A stretch of DNA of 64,000 nt from Leptolyngbyaceae cyanobacterium (GTDB lineage Bacteria > Cyanobacteriota > Cyanobacteriia > Phormidesmidales > Phormidesmidaceae). This document shows positions 62,938 to 64,000 of this stretch, piece by piece. Below the pieces are notes generated by a model that did not search any database, had not been told where the DNA came from, and worked only from the letters and a program-made list of their open reading frames with translations. Each line of letters opens with the position of its first letter. The stretch's first letter is position 1. The translations under genes and the position numbers were made by a program. The DNA lies in assembly GCA_965263355.1 (NCBI GenBank), contig CBDHHL010000046.1:98554-162553 (forward strand). Direction: 5' to 3'.

Positions 62938-63147
62938 ATGGAAATCAGCGTAAGCGCATGCTGTCCTGTGTGCGGAAATACAATTGAAGACATCTCCACC
63001 TCCATAGCTGAGAATGAATGCGTGTCTGAAGTAGAATGTGAACGATGCAAGTGCCGATTCCTAATGAAAGTCACGATAGACTGGACGAGGCTGGAAAAAA
63101 GACCCACTAAAGTTACGGAACAGTCACATAAACCCACTAACCTATAA
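62938..63147 (+). CDS. Zn-ribbon protein
   Basis: CPVC...CERC. Confidence 0.6.
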   Translation: MEISVSACCPVCGNTIEDISTSIAENECVSEVECERCKCRFLMKVTIDWTRLEKRPTKVTEQSHKPTNL

Positions 63148-63252
63148 CCCAGTTAAATCAGTGGTACATAAAGCAGACACAGTATTTGCTCTAATACTAT
63201 GCTTAATAGCAGCATATTTTTGGTACCTATTACTTTCACACAAGGGAATCCT

Positions 63253-63726
63253 ATGAATAACCAACATTTACCCGACGGGATTAAAACCGCAATATCCGTC
63301 CAGAATGACTTTTGGATCATTGAGCATAGATCTGGCATAACCAAAGTACAAGAATGGGGACCCTTTAGATGGGATGCCACTCATCCCGAAACTGGAGAAC
63401 CAATATTTTTCACCCACGAGGTATCAAACGTTAGTAAAGAGGCCTTACTAGATAAATTGCCCTACTGGCTAGAAGAAGCAGAAGCAGAAGCTTTTGCTTC
63501 TGCAAAAGCATGGGTGAATGAGAGACATGAAGATATCTTACAAAAAGAGCCCTGGGCCGCGGTCCTTACCCAACACAAGACATTTAGGGCCTGCTGCAGA
63601 ATCCTAAATGGCTCGAACCTCCATAGACCTCCTGTAGTGGAGGGAAGATGGTCAGAAAAAGGGCTTAAACTAGCTCTTCAAAACTTAGGGGTCTGGAAAA
63701 ACTGGTGGTCTGTGGCTCCTGTGTGA
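63253..63726 (+). CDS. Hypothetical protein
   Basis: ORF from ATG 63253. Confidence 0.6.
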   Translation: MNNQHLPDGIKTAISVQNDFWIIEHRSGITKVQEWGPFRWDATHPETGEPIFFTHEVSNVSKEALLDKLPYWLEEAEAEAFASAKAWVNERHEDILQKEPWAAVLTQHKTFRACCRILNGSNLHRPPVVEGRWSEKGLKLALQNLGVWKNWWSVAPV

Positions 63727-63876
63727 TATGACAGTGAAGACACCTTTTTCTACTGGTGGGTCCAAGAAAAGCATGTTTCCTTTAGAGCATGTCTACCTAC
63801 CAATTGTGCTTAGATACGTCTCCTCGAAGAATGTCGTTTACTCGACATAGTGCCTTACCAGCATTCGTAGAAATTC

Positions 63877-63902
63877 CGTGTGATGTCCTAGGACATCACA
63901 CG
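63877..63902. repeat. Perfect 26-bp palindrome
   Basis: CGTGTGATGTCCTAGGACATCACACG. Confidence 0.7.
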
Positions 63903-64000
63903 CTACTCAAAAGTATACATAGGTACTTCCAATATGTCGCCTACGAGCTTTTTCTGAAAAAGAAGGAGAAGCTACCTTTCTCCTCAGGCCAACTCATGCC

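Noticed and set aside
1..64000. CRISPR array, transposase, integrase, or stop-codon recoding
   Set aside because: I saw no regularly spaced direct repeats or mobile-element motifs. Recognisable genes are full length under the standard code and end in all three stop codons.

Overview
A 64-kb segment of a large (jumbo-type) tailed-phage genome, about 42% GC by eye, standard genetic code, with dense short ORFs. The left ~9.5 kb (minus strand) is a virion/lysis block: a tape-measure-like protein running off the window, an amidase, a GroES-like co-chaperonin, a tail-assembly-chaperone pair joined by a -1 slippery site, and RecA. The rest is an accessory region. Recognisable genes there are an SNF2 helicase, MYG1, flotillin, ArsR, a KaiC/RadA-like ATPase, a permuted papain-like protein, two Fis-HTH mini-regulators, a Ser-less ACP and a degenerate ParA. 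Non-obvious structure: (1) a conserved ~243-aa gene followed by a ~370-nt RNA with two long arms, each capped by a circularly permuted tRNA-like domain; (2) about 18 plus-strand TGAAA-N19-ATAAG promoters driving apparently leaderless units that end in hairpin-TTTAGC terminators, four of which hold no convincing gene; (3) about 11 dispersed proteins sharing a short tag ending in K-x-A, many behind a second leaderless promoter class; (4) a tRNA with a non-canonical anticodon loop; (5) a recurring AATGACACGTGTCATT palindrome. All family assignments are from motif recognition by eye; no database search was run.
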